Assembly (NCBI GenBank): GCA_964555525.1
Contig: CAZKTR010000001.1
Coordinates: 1-34,209 of the forward strand
Length of the DNA: 34,209 nucleotides
Source: an uncultured Pirellulaceae bacterium
GTDB taxonomy: Bacteria > Planctomycetota > Planctomycetia > Pirellulales > Pirellulaceae
Reading direction: 5' to 3'
The translations under genes were made by a program, and so were the position numbers. Below, one piece after another: positions 18,153 through 30,379 of the stretch. Numbering within the stretch: position 1 is the stretch's first letter; every line of letters starts with the position of its first letter. The notes under the pieces were generated by a model. It did no database searches. It had not been told where the DNA came from and saw nothing but the letters and a program-made list of their open reading frames with translations.

Positions 18153-21100
18153 CTATTTCGCTTTCAGTTTCCAACCCATCGCACGAAACTTCTTGCCGTG
18201 CAATCGCGCGGCGGCGTATTGAACCAAATTGTAAATTCGTAGTGTTCCCGGATTCTTTTTCGTCTCGGGATCTCGACTGTTGAACATGGTTTTTAGTTGG
18301 TCGCGCAATTGAGCATAAGAGCCATCAGTGCCCAAGTTTTGCAAAACGCAGATGATCTGTTCGTAGTTGTGACGGAAATAGTCGTTCATGTTCTTTGGAT
18401 CAACATCACGAATCAACTGGAATGCAACTTCAGGTGATCCGTAGATCACTTGATAGAGCGCTGCGAAAATCATGTGATGCCCCGTGGTGGCATCCAGACC
18501 ACATTGTTCAATTGCATGGCGCGAAACTTGGTCGGCTTCAGCTTCTTTCTTTTGAGCCCATAACGAAAAGGCCAGTGAGTACAATCCCCAAGCACTTACG
18601 TCTTTTCGTGATCGCCAATCGGACATAAAGTCGCATACTTTCGCGTCCATTTCGCCTTGGCAAAGTGCAGATCCAACCCGCTCCCACATTTTTGTGGAAT
18701 TTCGCAGTGCCTGCTCGTTATTGGCGATGAACGGGTCAATTCGGTGTTGCTGGTTAAACTCGCGGCAGGTGCAAACTTCGACCATGTATTTTTGTGCGGC
18801 GGCTTCCCATAGTTGGGGCCGCGAACGCAGGGAATTGATTTTCTGTTCGCATTGATCCCATTGGTTTAACGACGTCGTTAAGTGAACGTAAACGAAAGCG
18901 ACTCCTGGTAATGCATCAGGTTGATCGATTTTTTTATTAAGAAAGTTCATGGTCTCGTCGCCCCAGCCAGCGGTGTATATCGAAGAGACCGCGTTATCGA
19001 TCGCATCGTGACTTTCGCTGGGGATGTCCGCAAGCTTGTTTAGCATTTCAAACGCGACTTCGCGGTCACCACTGAGGGCTGCGATTCGTGCTTTTTCAGA
19101 AACAACCCACTCCGGTGACAGATGAGGCGTTACAAAATCGAGCATGGCTTTGGCTTCATCCCAGTTCTTTAAGTGAACCAAGATGTCCAGCAGTCGACCG
19201 GAGGCGTATTCGTAGGTCGGCGCTAGGTGAACCGCCTGCGTGAAATGCTCTTTTGCTTTTTCAAGTTCGTTGGCAGCGATTTGGCTGTCCCCCAGATAAC
19301 CCCATGAGATTGCGTTCTGGGGTTGGATCCGAACCATTTGCTCGGCCGCGGCAGTGTATTTTTGCGTGTTTTCTTGGTAGCGATACCATTGGGCGATTTC
19401 TTGCCAGGCCCAAAAATAGTCGGGGTCGACTTTTAGGACTCGTTCCATGCCGGCAATCGCTTTGTCGAACAGACCTCGTTCGGCTTCGATCCACGCCGCG
19501 CGGGCGACGAGTTCAAGGGGCATGTCGTTGGCAAGTGCCGGTGGATTAACGGCAGCAATCGCTTCGTCGTACATTCCAAGTTGACATAGTAGCATCGCTT
19601 TTCGCGAGTAACACTCGATCGACTGTGGGTTGATTTGCAAACCCTTGTCCAGTGCCGCGATGGCTTCTTCGACTTGGTGAGGTTGGTCGAGCGTTAACGC
19701 CAGCATCATCCAAGAGCGGACTTCATTAGGACGAGACTCGGTTAGTTCGGTTGCAACTTCAACATCGAAATCCGGTTGGCCCAGTGCCGCGCACCAGTCG
19801 CGCAAGGCCACCCAGCCATACTCGTAGCCGGGTTGCAAGCGAACCGCTTTGGCCGCCAAATGCATCGCTTCTTCTTTCTTGTCTAGCTGCCAAAGGATTC
19901 CGCCGAGGTGGCCGTAGTTGTTGACGTCTCTTGGTTCGGCTCGAATGTTGGCTTCGATTTCTTTGCGGGCGCCTTCGAGATCGCCTTGCTTTTCCAGCGC
20001 TTCTGCCAACGAGCGGGCGATATCGCCCCAAGTCGGATTGATCTCTTTGGCTTTTCGCAAAGCCGCGATTTCTTCGTCGATTCGACCACTGGCCGCGTTG
20101 GCAGTGGCCAGTTCCATCCAGATCCGCGGAAGCAGAGGGAACTTCTTGCTGGCTTTCTTTGCTAGTTCGATGGCTTCGTCGTGTTGTTGCATATCGCTGA
20201 GTTGTCGAATCACGACGACCCACGCCTGCCAGCGATCATCGCCTTTCTTCAAAGTATCTCTTAAAGTTGCCAGTAGCTCAGGAGGATCCAAGCAAGTTTG
20301 CGCCAACGAGTGGTATGTGATTAGTCCATCGCCAAGCCCGACTTGGCGGTTAAGCTCGTCGAGTACAAATTGAAGTTGCGTTTTGCGTTTAGCCTTTGAG
20401 TCGCAACAGTTTATCAAGCCGGCGATCGCATACTCACTGTCGATCGAGTGCTTAATCGCTTCTCGGTATTGCTCGATCGCCTGCGCGGTTTCGTTGCGGC
20501 TGGAATGCATGGCCGCTCGGAGGACGTAGGTCGCCGGACCGTTGGGGTCGACTTCGTGAGCTAGGGCGATGTGTTTTTCGGCACGTTCGAAATCGCGCTT
20601 GCCTAAATATATGTTTGCCAGCTCGCGTTGCGCCCAAGCGTCAGCTGGGTGAAGCCGCAGGAACTCGTTGAGCTCTTTTTCTAGTTCGACTTTTGATTCG
20701 CCTTTGACCCAGTTGATCAACATTGACCGAAGCGAATATGAGTTCGGGAACAGGTCGATGTATTTTCGCAGGTGCGTGATCGCCGCTTCGGACCCGCCTT
20801 CGTCGGCAAGCAGATCGGTGACGTATTTGTGTGCGACGCTGTCAAGCGGATCCTTCGCGACAAGCGACTTCCAGTGTTTGAGCGAGATGGAGTTTTTGCC
20901 CTGATAAGACGCGATCACGGCGGCGACTCGCGTCCAGTAGGACGGGTGGGCGATTGGTTTTGCTTTGGCGAGCAGTTGTTCGGCTTTTTCAAATTTCCCC
21001 AAGCGACCAAAATACTCGGCGGTGTACAGTAAGAACTCACCGTCGGCTTTATGTACTTTGTAGGCTTCTTGTAGTGTTTTGATTGCGTAGGGCGATTTCT

Positions 21101-23165
21101 CTAATTGATCATACGCCCAGCAAAGTGTTCTTGCCGGTAGGCTGGATTGTTTTCCGAATCGCTGCACGCGATCTTGTAAAAATCGTAACGCGGTGTCTGT
21201 GTCGTTGGTGATTCGCGCCGCATAGAAATACTCTTTAGCTCGGTTTTCGCTTTTATCATCAACGCACGCGGCAAACCGATACGCTTCCACGGCTTTGGCT
21301 TCGCGCTGTTCTTCAAAGTGAATCCCACCCAGCATGGCGTAGGCAGCCGAGTCTTCGCTGCGGTACTTGAGCGAACGCCGCAAAAGATAGTCGACCGTGT
21401 CCTTTTCTCGGTTGTCATTACGTAGCTCGCCAGCCAACTGCGTCCAGAAGATTGGATGGCAATCAGGTTCGGCATTGATTTTACGTAACGTCGCAATTCG
21501 ATCCTCGGCTTTTCCCAGTTCCCCTAGGAGTGCGAGCTGATTGACTTTGAAGTTGATGTCTTTGGGATATTTAACAGCGAGTTTGTCGATAACGGCTAAG
21601 GATTTCGGCAGATCTGAATCGTATCGCGCAAGCACGGACTCGGCGCCGAGTGTAAGGCGATGGTCTGGAGCGCCGCTGACCATTCGCTCGACCACTTTGG
21701 CGGCGAACTCGCGATTGTGTTTTTCAAGCGCCAGTTGCAGCTTGTAGTACAGGTCGTACAACTTTGTTTCGGGCAGCTTGATTCCTTCTAGTAGTTCGGC
21801 TTTTTCTTTTGGGACCATCGCCATGCCGCGCGGGCCGTAAGCTTTATAGGCCTCGAGCATTTTTTCGACAGCGAATTCGCGTGAGTGGCGATTACCGGAG
21901 TCGCGGATTAATAACGAATGACGATACTCGTCGTAACCAATCACGGCTTGCAAGTGAGCCGATCCGGGGTCGCAGGTGGTAAGTGTGAACGGGATTCCGC
22001 GATCGATCAGCGCGGTTGCTGATTCCCAAGTGACCCGGAATTCTTGCGTCACGTAACCGCTGTCCTCGGCCCATTTTCGCTCGCTGTGAGCCGGCGTGCC
22101 GTCATAACAGATCTCTTCCACGATTTCGAGTTGTTCAACAGGTTTGTCCCAGTAGTTTGCGATTGCTGTTAGCGTCGCAGGCGCGCAGGTTCGATGGTCT
22201 TGGCGAACGAAATGGACCGGCAAGCGGATTCTTTTTCCTTCGAACTTTGGATCGGTCAGGCGTTCGGCCATCTCATCGAAGAATTCGTTTTTTGCTTGCT
22301 TGGCGAGTTTGGCTGCTTCGGCGTAATTGCCGCAATAATACTGCAGATCCGCGTTCAGCGACGACAAAGCCTCGACGACTTTGTGTTCCATCTTCAGCAA
22401 CGGAAAGTACTTTTCAATATTCGAGTAGTACTTTTTTGCTTCCTCGAATCGTTCTAGTTCAAGGAACAGGCCACCCAGTTGAATCCGAAGGTCGCCGCTT
22501 TCTAACTTTTCGTTAGCTGTGCTAAGTAACTTGATCGCTTCTTCGTCTCGGTGATCTTGGATCATGCGGTGGGCGAGAGATTGAACGGCGGGCCGGTACC
22601 AAGGTTGCAGTTCCATGGCGTGTTCGGCAGCAGCGATTGCTTCCTTGGGGCGGTCTTGCATTTCCAAGATTGACGAACGTTGCACGTGTAGCCAAGCGCG
22701 TTCAGGATTCATTTCGATCGCGCGGTTAATCCACTGGTCTGATTTTTCAAAATCACGTAACGCCCCGTGCAATAATCCGCGAAGGGCAAACCAATCCGAC
22801 TTTAAAACGTCGTCCGCACCGTCCAGTTCGCCCAATTCGTTGATGACCTGAAACGTTTTGTAGCCACCGCGACGACCAAGCATCGAGTATGTGTGAAAGT
22901 AGATGATCTCAGGGTCGGTTGGGCATTGACGGTGAGCCAGACGAATCAAGGTTCGGCCTAAACGAGTCGAGCCAACGTGGTTTGAAATTCTCGCCGCCAA
23001 AACACGGCTTCGATTTCCTTTCCATTTGACCAACGGGCCGGCTTGTTTGGAGGTTTCAAATGCCTTTAGGAACAAGCCTTGTTCATAGAGGCTTAAGATT
23101 TGATCATGTAGTTCAGTATTTAGTGTTTCGGCTTCAACGACCTTTGTCGACATTTGTTTACCCAA
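18153..23165 (-). CDS. Large TPR-repeat protein with embedded C39-like cysteine peptidase domain
   Basis: 1670 aa with many TPR-like helical repeats. RQDHRTCAPATL (Q-x4-C) and HLQAVIGYD...LIRDS (H...D) papain-like motifs at ~21850-22210. Confidence 0.85.
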   Translation of the reverse strand: MGKQMSTKVVEAETLNTELHDQILSLYEQGLFLKAFETSKQAGPLVKWKGNRSRVLAARISNHVGSTRLGRTLIRLAHRQCPTDPEIIYFHTYSMLGRRGGYKTFQVINELGELDGADDVLKSDWFALRGLLHGALRDFEKSDQWINRAIEMNPERAWLHVQRSSILEMQDRPKEAIAAAEHAMELQPWYRPAVQSLAHRMIQDHRDEEAIKLLSTANEKLESGDLRIQLGGLFLELERFEEAKKYYSNIEKYFPLLKMEHKVVEALSSLNADLQYYCGNYAEAAKLAKQAKNEFFDEMAERLTDPKFEGKRIRLPVHFVRQDHRTCAPATLTAIANYWDKPVEQLEIVEEICYDGTPAHSERKWAEDSGYVTQEFRVTWESATALIDRGIPFTLTTCDPGSAHLQAVIGYDEYRHSLLIRDSGNRHSREFAVEKMLEAYKAYGPRGMAMVPKEKAELLEGIKLPETKLYDLYYKLQLALEKHNREFAAKVVERMVSGAPDHRLTLGAESVLARYDSDLPKSLAVIDKLAVKYPKDINFKVNQLALLGELGKAEDRIATLRKINAEPDCHPIFWTQLAGELRNDNREKDTVDYLLRRSLKYRSEDSAAYAMLGGIHFEEQREAKAVEAYRFAACVDDKSENRAKEYFYAARITNDTDTALRFLQDRVQRFGKQSSLPARTLCWAYDQLEKSPYAIKTLQEAYKVHKADGEFLLYTAEYFGRLGKFEKAEQLLAKAKPIAHPSYWTRVAAVIASYQGKNSISLKHWKSLVAKDPLDSVAHKYVTDLLADEGGSEAAITHLRKYIDLFPNSYSLRSMLINWVKGESKVELEKELNEFLRLHPADAWAQRELANIYLGKRDFERAEKHIALAHEVDPNGPATYVLRAAMHSSRNETAQAIEQYREAIKHSIDSEYAIAGLINCCDSKAKRKTQLQFVLDELNRQVGLGDGLITYHSLAQTCLDPPELLATLRDTLKKGDDRWQAWVVVIRQLSDMQQHDEAIELAKKASKKFPLLPRIWMELATANAASGRIDEEIAALRKAKEINPTWGDIARSLAEALEKQGDLEGARKEIEANIRAEPRDVNNYGHLGGILWQLDKKEEAMHLAAKAVRLQPGYEYGWVALRDWCAALGQPDFDVEVATELTESRPNEVRSWMMLALTLDQPHQVEEAIAALDKGLQINPQSIECYSRKAMLLCQLGMYDEAIAAVNPPALANDMPLELVARAAWIEAERGLFDKAIAGMERVLKVDPDYFWAWQEIAQWYRYQENTQKYTAAAEQMVRIQPQNAISWGYLGDSQIAANELEKAKEHFTQAVHLAPTYEYASGRLLDILVHLKNWDEAKAMLDFVTPHLSPEWVVSEKARIAALSGDREVAFEMLNKLADIPSESHDAIDNAVSSIYTAGWGDETMNFLNKKIDQPDALPGVAFVYVHLTTSLNQWDQCEQKINSLRSRPQLWEAAAQKYMVEVCTCREFNQQHRIDPFIANNEQALRNSTKMWERVGSALCQGEMDAKVCDFMSDWRSRKDVSAWGLYSLAFSLWAQKKEAEADQVSRHAIEQCGLDATTGHHMIFAALYQVIYGSPEVAFQLIRDVDPKNMNDYFRHNYEQIICVLQNLGTDGSYAQLRDQLKTMFNSRDPETKKNPGTLRIYNLVQYAAARLHGKKFRAMGWKLKAK

Positions 23166-23844
23166 GAAGGAAATGTGATTACCTGAAACTGGGGCCTTGT
23201 GGAAAGGCGCTTAGAGGGGGGGCCAAGCGGGAGCCAGTCAAATTAAAGTTAACAAACTTTGTCGCCAGTGTCACGATTTTTTATCAATTGCGAGCAATGG
23301 CGATTTAGCGTTATTGATTCGGCTTGGGCGGTTGAGGTTCACATTGAAGTCGGTCTATATGAGAAAGTAGACGCGAGCTAATGATCGGTCCGAGTGGAGC
23401 TCCAAGCTGTTCAATTGCAATTTAACTTTAGAGTTAGCTACGCCTCCAAGCTCTCCTGTTCTCTTGAATTCGTGACGGTGCCGAATGTGCCCATATTGAT
23501 TGGCGCGATTGTATTGGTTTACCTATTCGGTTTCGGTCCATCGCTTTCTAACGCGAACTGGCTACCAAGACTTTGGGAAGAGTCAGTGTTGTATCAGCGC
23601 GACATCGGCTACGTAGCTGGGCTCGCAAGCGGCTGAATTGGGCAAGCTGTGATGGTTTGGCAAGGGAACTGTTGGGTCGAATTGCCTTAGTGGGAACTAT
23701 TTTGACCGAGTGAGACGTTATCGCGAGTTAAGGGTGGTTGAGATTTCGTTAGGCAAATTGACGTTTGCAATTATTGAATGGTTCTGTTTGAATGAGTGGT
23801 GAAGTCAGATTCAGTCAGAATTACCGTGTTGAAAGGAATACCGA

Positions 23845-26800
23845 TTGAGCCAACTAAGTCGAGAAAACCAGTCTACTCTTTACGACGCTTCGTACGAACA
23901 CGATAGCTGCGGGGTGGGTTTCGTCGCCAATATCAATGGCACTCCCTCGCATCAGACCGTTGCTGACGCCTGCTCAATCCTGTCACGGATGGAACATCGC
24001 GGCGGGTGTGGTTGCGAGCCCGAGACTGGCGACGGCGCGGGGATTTTGACCGGAATTCCAATGGAGTTCATTAAGCATCTGGCCAAGACAGTCGGGTTTT
24101 CAAGCGATCATGAATTCATTGCTGCTGGAAATGTGTTCTTACCAAACGAAGAAGCCGAGCGTGAGAAGTGCAAAAATCTGTTCGCTCAAAACATAAACCG
24201 TTTTGGTCAAAAGTTGCTCGCCTGGCGTGAGGTCCCGATTGATCCAGATGGTGCCGGTATCGGTAAAACCGCGCGTCGAGGAATGCCGGTGATTGCTCAA
24301 ATTTTCGTTGGATCGAAAAAAGGCCTGACGCAAGCCGAGTTTGAGCGACGGTTGTTCATGATTCGTAAAATGACGACCCGCCAAGTGGATAAATCTGAGC
24401 AGGTTACGTCTGACTTGTTCTATGTTTGTTCGCTGTCGTCGCAGGTTTTGATTTACAAAGGAATGCTTTCGACTGCTCAACTGCCTGAGTTCTACAAAGA
24501 TTTGCGGAACCCGTTGTACTCAAGTCATTTGGCGATGGTTCACTCGCGTTTTTCAACCAACACGCTACCGAGTTGGTCACGCGCCCAGCCGTTACGCTGG
24601 TGTGCTCACAACGGTGAGATCAACACGTTGCGGGGCAATCGAAACTGGATTACGGCTCGTCAAGGTTTGATGGCGACCGATAATCTTGGCGATGAACTGC
24701 GACACGTGATGCCGGTGATCGAGCCCAACTGTAGTGATTCGGGAGAGTTCGATAATGCGATGGAAATGCTGATGATGTCTGGCCGCGAGTTGCCAGAAGT
24801 TGTCATGATGATGATTCCAGAAGCGTGGCAAAAACACAATGCGATGGGCGCTGCTAAGCGAGCGTTCTACGAATATCACTCATGTCTCCAAGAGCCTTGG
24901 GATGGGCCGGCGTCGATTTCGTTTACCGACGGAAAAATGATCGGTGCTGTTTTGGACCGAAACGGTTTGCGTCCGAGTCGATACTACGTGACCAACGATG
25001 ACCGTGTGATCATGGCCAGTGAAGTTGGCGTACTAGATATCGATCCAGCGATCGTGGTCAAGAAAGGTCGTTTGGAACCCGGTAAGATGTTTGTTGTCGA
25101 TTTTGAAAACAAACGAATCGTCGCCGACCAAGAATTAAAAGAAACCATCGCCAGCCGAAACCCTTACCAAAAGTGGCTCGAAGACAACCGCATCACGTTC
25201 GATCGTATGCAGGCTGGTAAAAAAGTAGCTTTTTACAGTGAGGCCGATCGTATCGCGAGGTTGCGGGCTTTTGGTTATACCAACGAGACGATGGAGTTCA
25301 TGCTGCTGCCGTTGTTAAAGGTCAAGAAAGACCCGATCCTGTCGATGGGTAACGATGCGGCACTTGCTTGTTTGAGCGATCAGCCGCGGTTGTTGTACGA
25401 TTACTTCAGCCAACTGTTTGCTCAGGTTACCAACCCGCCGATCGATTCGATTCGCGAAGAGATCGTGATGTCGATGGCAACTTATATCGGCCCCGAAGGA
25501 AACTTGCTGGAAACGACTGACAAACAATGTGCCCGGCTGTTTGTCGAAACGCCGATTTTGGACGCTGATCAAATGGCGGCCATCCACGGGTTGGCTCATC
25601 GTGGTTGGAAGTCGACGAAGATCGACGTGACCTTCAAAAAGACAGACGGCGAACGAGGGTTTATGAATTCGCTTGATCGCATTTGTGCTGAAGCCGAACA
25701 GGCGATCGAAGACGGTTGCTCGCTGGTGACGTTGACCGACCGCGGCGTCGATGAAAACAACGTGCCCGTCAGTGCGTTGCTGGCGGTTTCGACCGTTCAT
25801 CATCACTTAGTTCAAAAACAACTTCGTACTCGGATTGGTATCGTCGTGGAAACCGGCGAAGCCCGCGAAGTGCATCACCATTGTTTGTTGACGGGTTTTG
25901 GCGCGGACGCGATTCATCCGTACTTGGCGTTAGAGACGTTGATCGAGCACCACCGACAAGATCCAGATTCGGAGATGACGGCCGAGGATTGTTTGGATGC
26001 TTATCAGACGGGCGTCAAAAAAGGTATGCTCAAGGTCTTGGCCAAAATGGGAATCTCGACGCTGGCCAGTTACAAAGGTGCTCGTATCTTTGAAGCCATT
26101 GGTATTAACAGCGACGTGATTCGGAAGTCGTTCCCCGGTACTGCCAGTCGAATCGAAGGCGTTGGCTTTGATGTTTTGGCAGCTGAAGCGATCCGTCGTC
26201 ACGAACTAGGTTTTGCGAACAAAGAAAATGGCGCTGACGCAGTCCAGCGTTTGGAGACTTCGGGTTCGATTCACTGGCGACACGGCGGCGAAAAGCACGC
26301 TTGGAATCCGTTGAACATTGCTAACATCCAACATGCGGCTCGAGCAAACGATCCCGATGCGTACAAGCGTTTCAAAGACGCCATCAACCAGCAAACCGCT
26401 CGCGAGTGTCACTTGCGCGGGCTGTTCAAGTTCCGAGCACGAACGTCGGTGCCGCTGCAACACGTGGAACCGGCGAAGGAAATCGTCAAACGCTTTTGCA
26501 CCGGTGCGATGAGCTTTGGTTCGATTTCGGCGGAAGCTCATGAGACGTTGGCGATTGCGATGAACCGTTTGGGCGGTAAAAGCAATACGGGTGAAGGTGG
26601 CGAGGATGCGGCTCGTTTTACGCCTGATGATAACGGTGACAGTCGTCGTTCGGCGATCAAGCAAGTGGCCTCGGGGCGTTTCGGCGTAAATGTGTTTTAC
26701 TTGTCCAATGCTGACGAGATTCAAATCAAAATGGCTCAAGGGGCCAAACCGGGTGAAGGTGGTGAACTGCCGGGGCATAAAGTGAACGATACGATTGCCG

Positions 26801-28425
26801 CGACGCGTGGTTCGACCCCGGGCGTGACGTTGATTAGTCCTCCGCCTCACCATGACATCTACTCGATCGAAGATTTGGCTCAGCTGATCTTTGATTTGCG
26901 AAATGCAAACCCAACCGCTCGAATCAGCGTCAAGCTGGTTTCGGAAGTTGGCGTGGGTACGATTGCTGCGGGGGTTGCCAAAGCGTTTGCGGATAATATT
27001 TTGATCTCTGGTACCGGTGGTGGTACGGGAGCGTCGCCGCTGACAAGTATCAAGCACGCAGGGATGCCGTGGGAGCTTGGGATCGCGGAAACACATCAGA
27101 CGTTGGTCATGAATGACTTACGAAGCCGAGTCCGATTGCAGACTGATGGTCAGTTAAAGACCGGTCGTGACGTGGTGATTGCGACGTTGTTAGGCGCCGA
27201 AGAGTACGGCTTTGCGACCGCTCCGCTGATCACGATGGGATGTATTATGATGCGGAAGTGTCATTTGAATACTTGCCCGGTTGGAATTGCAACGCAAGAT
27301 CCAGAGCTCCGCAAGAAATTCGAAGCCTCGCCGGATCACGTGGTGAACTACTTATTCATGGTAGCCGAAGAGGCTCGTGAGATCATGGCGGAACTTGGCT
27401 TCCGCAGTATCGACGAAATGGTCGGTCGCGTTGACGCGTTGGATGTTGACGACGCAGTTGATCACTGGAAGGCCAAGGGACTGGATTTGTCCAAGATGTT
27501 GGCTCCGGCAATCGGTCAAAATGCTGGCGAACCAATGTATTGCACTCGCGATCAAGACCACGGTCTGGACGACGTGCTGGACTGGAAGTTGCTTGAGCAA
27601 TCAAAAGACGCGATCGAAAATGGGACTCCTGTCAAAATCGAATCGCCGATCCTGAACACCGATCGAACTTGCGGAGCGATTTTGAGCCACCACGTGGTGA
27701 AAGCGTTAGGGGCCAAGGGTTTGCCGGACGACACGATCGACATCAATTTGATCGGTTCGGCGGGACAGAGCTTGGGTGCGTTTTTGGCGCCCGGCGTGAC
27801 GTTAACCGTCACTGGCGACGCGAACGATTACGTGGGCAAAGGCCTTTCGGGCGGTAAAGTGATTGTCAAGCCGCCGGCTGAATCAACCTTTGCTGCGGAA
27901 GAGAATATCATTATCGGCAATGTGGCACTGTATGGAGCCACCGGCGGTCAAGCGTTCTTCCGCGGTGTTGCGGCTGAACGATTCGCCGTTCGTAACTCAG
28001 GGGCTCAAACAGTTGTCGAAGGCGTCGGTGATCACGGTTGCGAATACATGACCGGTGGTCGAGCAGTGATCTTAGGCAAGACCGGTCGTAATTTTGCGGC
28101 TGGCATGTCCGGGGGTATCGCTTACGTCTTTGATCCCGAAGAGCGATTTATTACCAACGTGAACTTGGAGTTGGTCGAAGTCAATCAAATTGAAGATGCT
28201 GCCGACAAAGACGAACTGAAGTCATTGATCGAAGCGCACACGAAGTTGACCGGGTCTGCCGTTGGACAAAAGATATTGGACAACTGGGATGATCAGGTGA
28301 AGCTGTTCAAAAAAGTTATTCCGACGATGTTTCGGTTGGCGATGGAGCGTCGAGCTGCGGAGGCAGGCCACGGTGTCTCCGAACCGGCTGGCAACTTAGG
28401 CAAACGACGTTCGCTGGCCCGCTAG
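23845..28425 (+). CDS. gltB: Glutamate synthase large subunit
   Basis: EHDSCGVGF (Ntn Cys1), [56 protein letters not shown] (3Fe-4S), GXGXG repeat C-terminal domain. Confidence 0.98.
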   Translation: MSQLSRENQSTLYDASYEHDSCGVGFVANINGTPSHQTVADACSILSRMEHRGGCGCEPETGDGAGILTGIPMEFIKHLAKTVGFSSDHEFIAAGNVFLPNEEAEREKCKNLFAQNINRFGQKLLAWREVPIDPDGAGIGKTARRGMPVIAQIFVGSKKGLTQAEFERRLFMIRKMTTRQVDKSEQVTSDLFYVCSLSSQVLIYKGMLSTAQLPEFYKDLRNPLYSSHLAMVHSRFSTNTLPSWSRAQPLRWCAHNGEINTLRGNRNWITARQGLMATDNLGDELRHVMPVIEPNCSDSGEFDNAMEMLMMSGRELPEVVMMMIPEAWQKHNAMGAAKRAFYEYHSCLQEPWDGPASISFTDGKMIGAVLDRNGLRPSRYYVTNDDRVIMASEVGVLDIDPAIVVKKGRLEPGKMFVVDFENKRIVADQELKETIASRNPYQKWLEDNRITFDRMQAGKKVAFYSEADRIARLRAFGYTNETMEFMLLPLLKVKKDPILSMGNDAALACLSDQPRLLYDYFSQLFAQVTNPPIDSIREEIVMSMATYIGPEGNLLETTDKQCARLFVETPILDADQMAAIHGLAHRGWKSTKIDVTFKKTDGERGFMNSLDRICAEAEQAIEDGCSLVTLTDRGVDENNVPVSALLAVSTVHHHLVQKQLRTRIGIVVETGEAREVHHHCLLTGFGADAIHPYLALETLIEHHRQDPDSEMTAEDCLDAYQTGVKKGMLKVLAKMGISTLASYKGARIFEAIGINSDVIRKSFPGTASRIEGVGFDVLAAEAIRRHELGFANKENGADAVQRLETSGSIHWRHGGEKHAWNPLNIANIQHAARANDPDAYKRFKDAINQQTARECHLRGLFKFRARTSVPLQHVEPAKEIVKRFCTGAMSFGSISAEAHETLAIAMNRLGGKSNTGEGGEDAARFTPDDNGDSRRSAIKQVASGRFGVNVFYLSNADEIQIKMAQGAKPGEGGELPGHKVNDTIAATRGSTPGVTLISPPPHHDIYSIEDLAQLIFDLRNANPTARISVKLVSEVGVGTIAAGVAKAFADNILISGTGGGTGASPLTSIKHAGMPWELGIAETHQTLVMNDLRSRVRLQTDGQLKTGRDVVIATLLGAEEYGFATAPLITMGCIMMRKCHLNTCPVGIATQDPELRKKFEASPDHVVNYLFMVAEEAREIMAELGFRSIDEMVGRVDALDVDDAVDHWKAKGLDLSKMLAPAIGQNAGEPMYCTRDQDHGLDDVLDWKLLEQSKDAIENGTPVKIESPILNTDRTCGAILSHHVVKALGAKGLPDDTIDINLIGSAGQSLGAFLAPGVTLTVTGDANDYVGKGLSGGKVIVKPPAESTFAAEENIIIGNVALYGATGGQAFFRGVAAERFAVRNSGAQTVVEGVGDHGCEYMTGGRAVILGKTGRNFAAGMSGGIAYVFDPEERFITNVNLELVEVNQIEDAADKDELKSLIEAHTKLTGSAVGQKILDNWDDQVKLFKKVIPTMFRLAMERRAAEAGHGVSEPAGNLGKRRSLAR

Positions 28426-28518
28426 TTCCGAGTTGGTCGGAGGGTTGGATCGAAGTTTTTGTGTCGCAAGAAACAACAGGCTTCGTGGGATCAGCAAGCA
28501 AGAATCAGAGGAAATGAA

Positions 28519-29988
28519 ATGGGCAAACCTACTGGATTTATGGAGTTCGAACGCGTCAACACGGGCAACCGGGCGCCGGCTGAACGTGTTGGAGATTGGA
28601 ACGAATTTCTCGTTCAAATCAATGACGACAATTTGAAAAACCAAGGGGCTCGCTGCATGAACTGCGGCGTACCGTTCTGCCACACGGGGCAGAATATTGG
28701 TCGTATGACCGCTGGTTGTCCTGTGAATAACTTGATTCCCGAATGGAATCACTTGATCTACGAAGGCAAGTGGAAAGAGGCGATCGAGCGATTGCATTCG
28801 ACCAATAACTTTCCGGAGTTTACCGGTCGCGTCTGCCCTGCCCCGTGCGAAGGTTCTTGTGTTTTAGGGATCAACGAAGATCCTGTTACGATCAAAAGCA
28901 TCGAGCGTAGTATCGTTGACCGCGCGTTTGATGAAGGTTGGGTGACGGCTCGGATTCCGCAAATACGAACGGGCAAAACCGTTGCCATCATTGGTTCGGG
29001 GCCAGCTGGGTTGGCCTGTGCTGACATGTTGAATCAAAAAGGCCATCAGGTCACTGTGTTTGAGCGAGACGATCGAATCGGTGGTCTGTTGATGTACGGT
29101 ATTCCCAACATGAAGCTAGACAAAAAGATCGTTGACCGTCGTTTAGATTTGCTCAAGCAAGAAGGTATCGTCTTTAAAACCAGTGTCAGCGTCGGCATTG
29201 ATATTTCCGCTGACCAGATCAAAAACGATTACGATTCGGTCGTCGTTTGTATCGGAGCGACGGTTCCGCGTGATTTAAAGATCCCAGGTCGTACCGCCAG
29301 AGGCGTTCACTTTGCGATGGACTATTTGCGAGGTGCGACATCATCGTTGCTGAATGATGAAAGTTTTGCGATCGATGCGAAGGACAAGAGTGTGGTTGTT
29401 ATCGGTGGCGGTGATACGGGCAACGACTGCATCGGTACCGCTATCCGCCAAGGCTGCAAGAACGTGGTGAACTTGGAGATCGTAACTCAGCCGCCTGAAA
29501 GCCGTCATGCATCGAATCCGTGGCCGCAGTGGCCAATGATTTACCGTACCGACTATGGGCATGCCGAAGCGGCTGCAAAGTTCGGCGACGATCCTCGGAT
29601 GTTCGCGGTGGAAACGGTTGAGTTCATCGGCGATGTGGAGTGGAATTTAACGGGACTTAAAACCATTCAAGTCGATTGGACGGTTCAGCGTCCAGGTGTC
29701 GCTCCGTTTTCACAAATTGAAGGCACCGAAAAAATCATCGAAGCCGACTTGGTATTCTTGGCGCTGGGATTTTTGGGGCCGGCCCCAGATTTTGTTGAAG
29801 CTTTTGGTTTGCAAACGGATCAGCGTTCGAACATTTCGGCCAACATGACGGACTTTGAAACCAGCGTTCCAGGCGTCTTTGCCGCGGGTGACTGTCGTCG
29901 AGGCCAATCGTTGATCGTGTGGGCAATTCGCGAAGGCCGCGACGCCGCCGAGGCGTGCCATGACTACTTGATGGCGGTTGAAGCTTAG
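28519..29988 (+). CDS. gltD: Glutamate synthase small subunit
   Basis: [10 protein letters not shown] start, [62 protein letters not shown]. Confidence 0.97.
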   Translation: MGKPTGFMEFERVNTGNRAPAERVGDWNEFLVQINDDNLKNQGARCMNCGVPFCHTGQNIGRMTAGCPVNNLIPEWNHLIYEGKWKEAIERLHSTNNFPEFTGRVCPAPCEGSCVLGINEDPVTIKSIERSIVDRAFDEGWVTARIPQIRTGKTVAIIGSGPAGLACADMLNQKGHQVTVFERDDRIGGLLMYGIPNMKLDKKIVDRRLDLLKQEGIVFKTSVSVGIDISADQIKNDYDSVVVCIGATVPRDLKIPGRTARGVHFAMDYLRGATSSLLNDESFAIDAKDKSVVVIGGGDTGNDCIGTAIRQGCKNVVNLEIVTQPPESRHASNPWPQWPMIYRTDYGHAEAAAKFGDDPRMFAVETVEFIGDVEWNLTGLKTIQVDWTVQRPGVAPFSQIEGTEKIIEADLVFLALGFLGPAPDFVEAFGLQTDQRSNISANMTDFETSVPGVFAAGDCRRGQSLIVWAIREGRDAAEACHDYLMAVEA

Positions 29989-30013
29989 GCCTAGCTAGGC
30001 TATCGAGCGATTG

Positions 30014-30187
30014 AGTTTAACGACGAGCCGGCAGGCGATGGCGTCAGCGCCACTTCGAACGTCACCGTTCCTATTTACATCGACAAGTTGAACAACACAG
30101 AAGTCTTATCGCACCTTTGCGGGTAAGCGAAACTCGATGCGAAGTAGCACCGCGAAACGCCTACGCCTTCCGGCTCGTCGTTAAACT
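30014..30187. repeat. Palindromic MITE/REPIN-like element, copy 1 (174 bp)
   Basis: 31-bp terminal inverted repeats AGTTTAACGACGAGCCGGCAGGCGATGGCGT ... ACGCCTACGCCTTCCGGCTCGTCGTTAAACT (3 mismatches); direct repeat of 33337-33513. Confidence 0.88.
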
Positions 30188-30300
30188 TTTCGGAACACAG
30201 TCTGGGAAAGTAACCCAGAAATCCTGATAAGCAGTCGAAGCCTGTTTGAATGTCGATGGTTCTCTAGTAAGCTAGAATGCACCAAAAACGCTTTTGGACG

Positions 30301-30322
30301 CCCACGGCTAGCGCCGTCGGCT
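30301..30322. repeat. Short REP-like GC-rich hairpin
   Basis: CCCACGGCTAGCGCCGTCGGCT; imperfect ACGGC...GCCGT stem resembling REP-type palindromes. Confidence 0.4.
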
Positions 30323-30379
30323 CGCGGCAATTACCTGCTGAATTTAGTCCAGAGCGGTGCGATTGAAAGGTAGAGATAT

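Noticed and set aside
23394-23636. 80-aa ORF in the TPR-gltB intergenic region
   Set aside because: GTG start, no recognisable motif, lies in a probable divergent promoter region; cannot be supported.
23166-23844. Sigma-54/nitrogen regulatory site or riboswitch upstream of gltB
   Set aside because: I found no convincing GG-N10-GC consensus or recognisable RNA motif by eye; only weak 5-bp palindromes such as GCAAA-N6-TTTGC.
26206-27096. 296-aa antisense ORF in gltB (and similar ones, e.g. 30410-30940, 25315-25806)
   Set aside because: Shadow ORFs opposite well-conserved genes, explained by codon bias.
28459-28518. N-terminal extension of GltD (likewise 30807 and 17423 starts)
   Set aside because: Family-typical N-termini begin at the downstream ATGs (28519, 30933, 17465).
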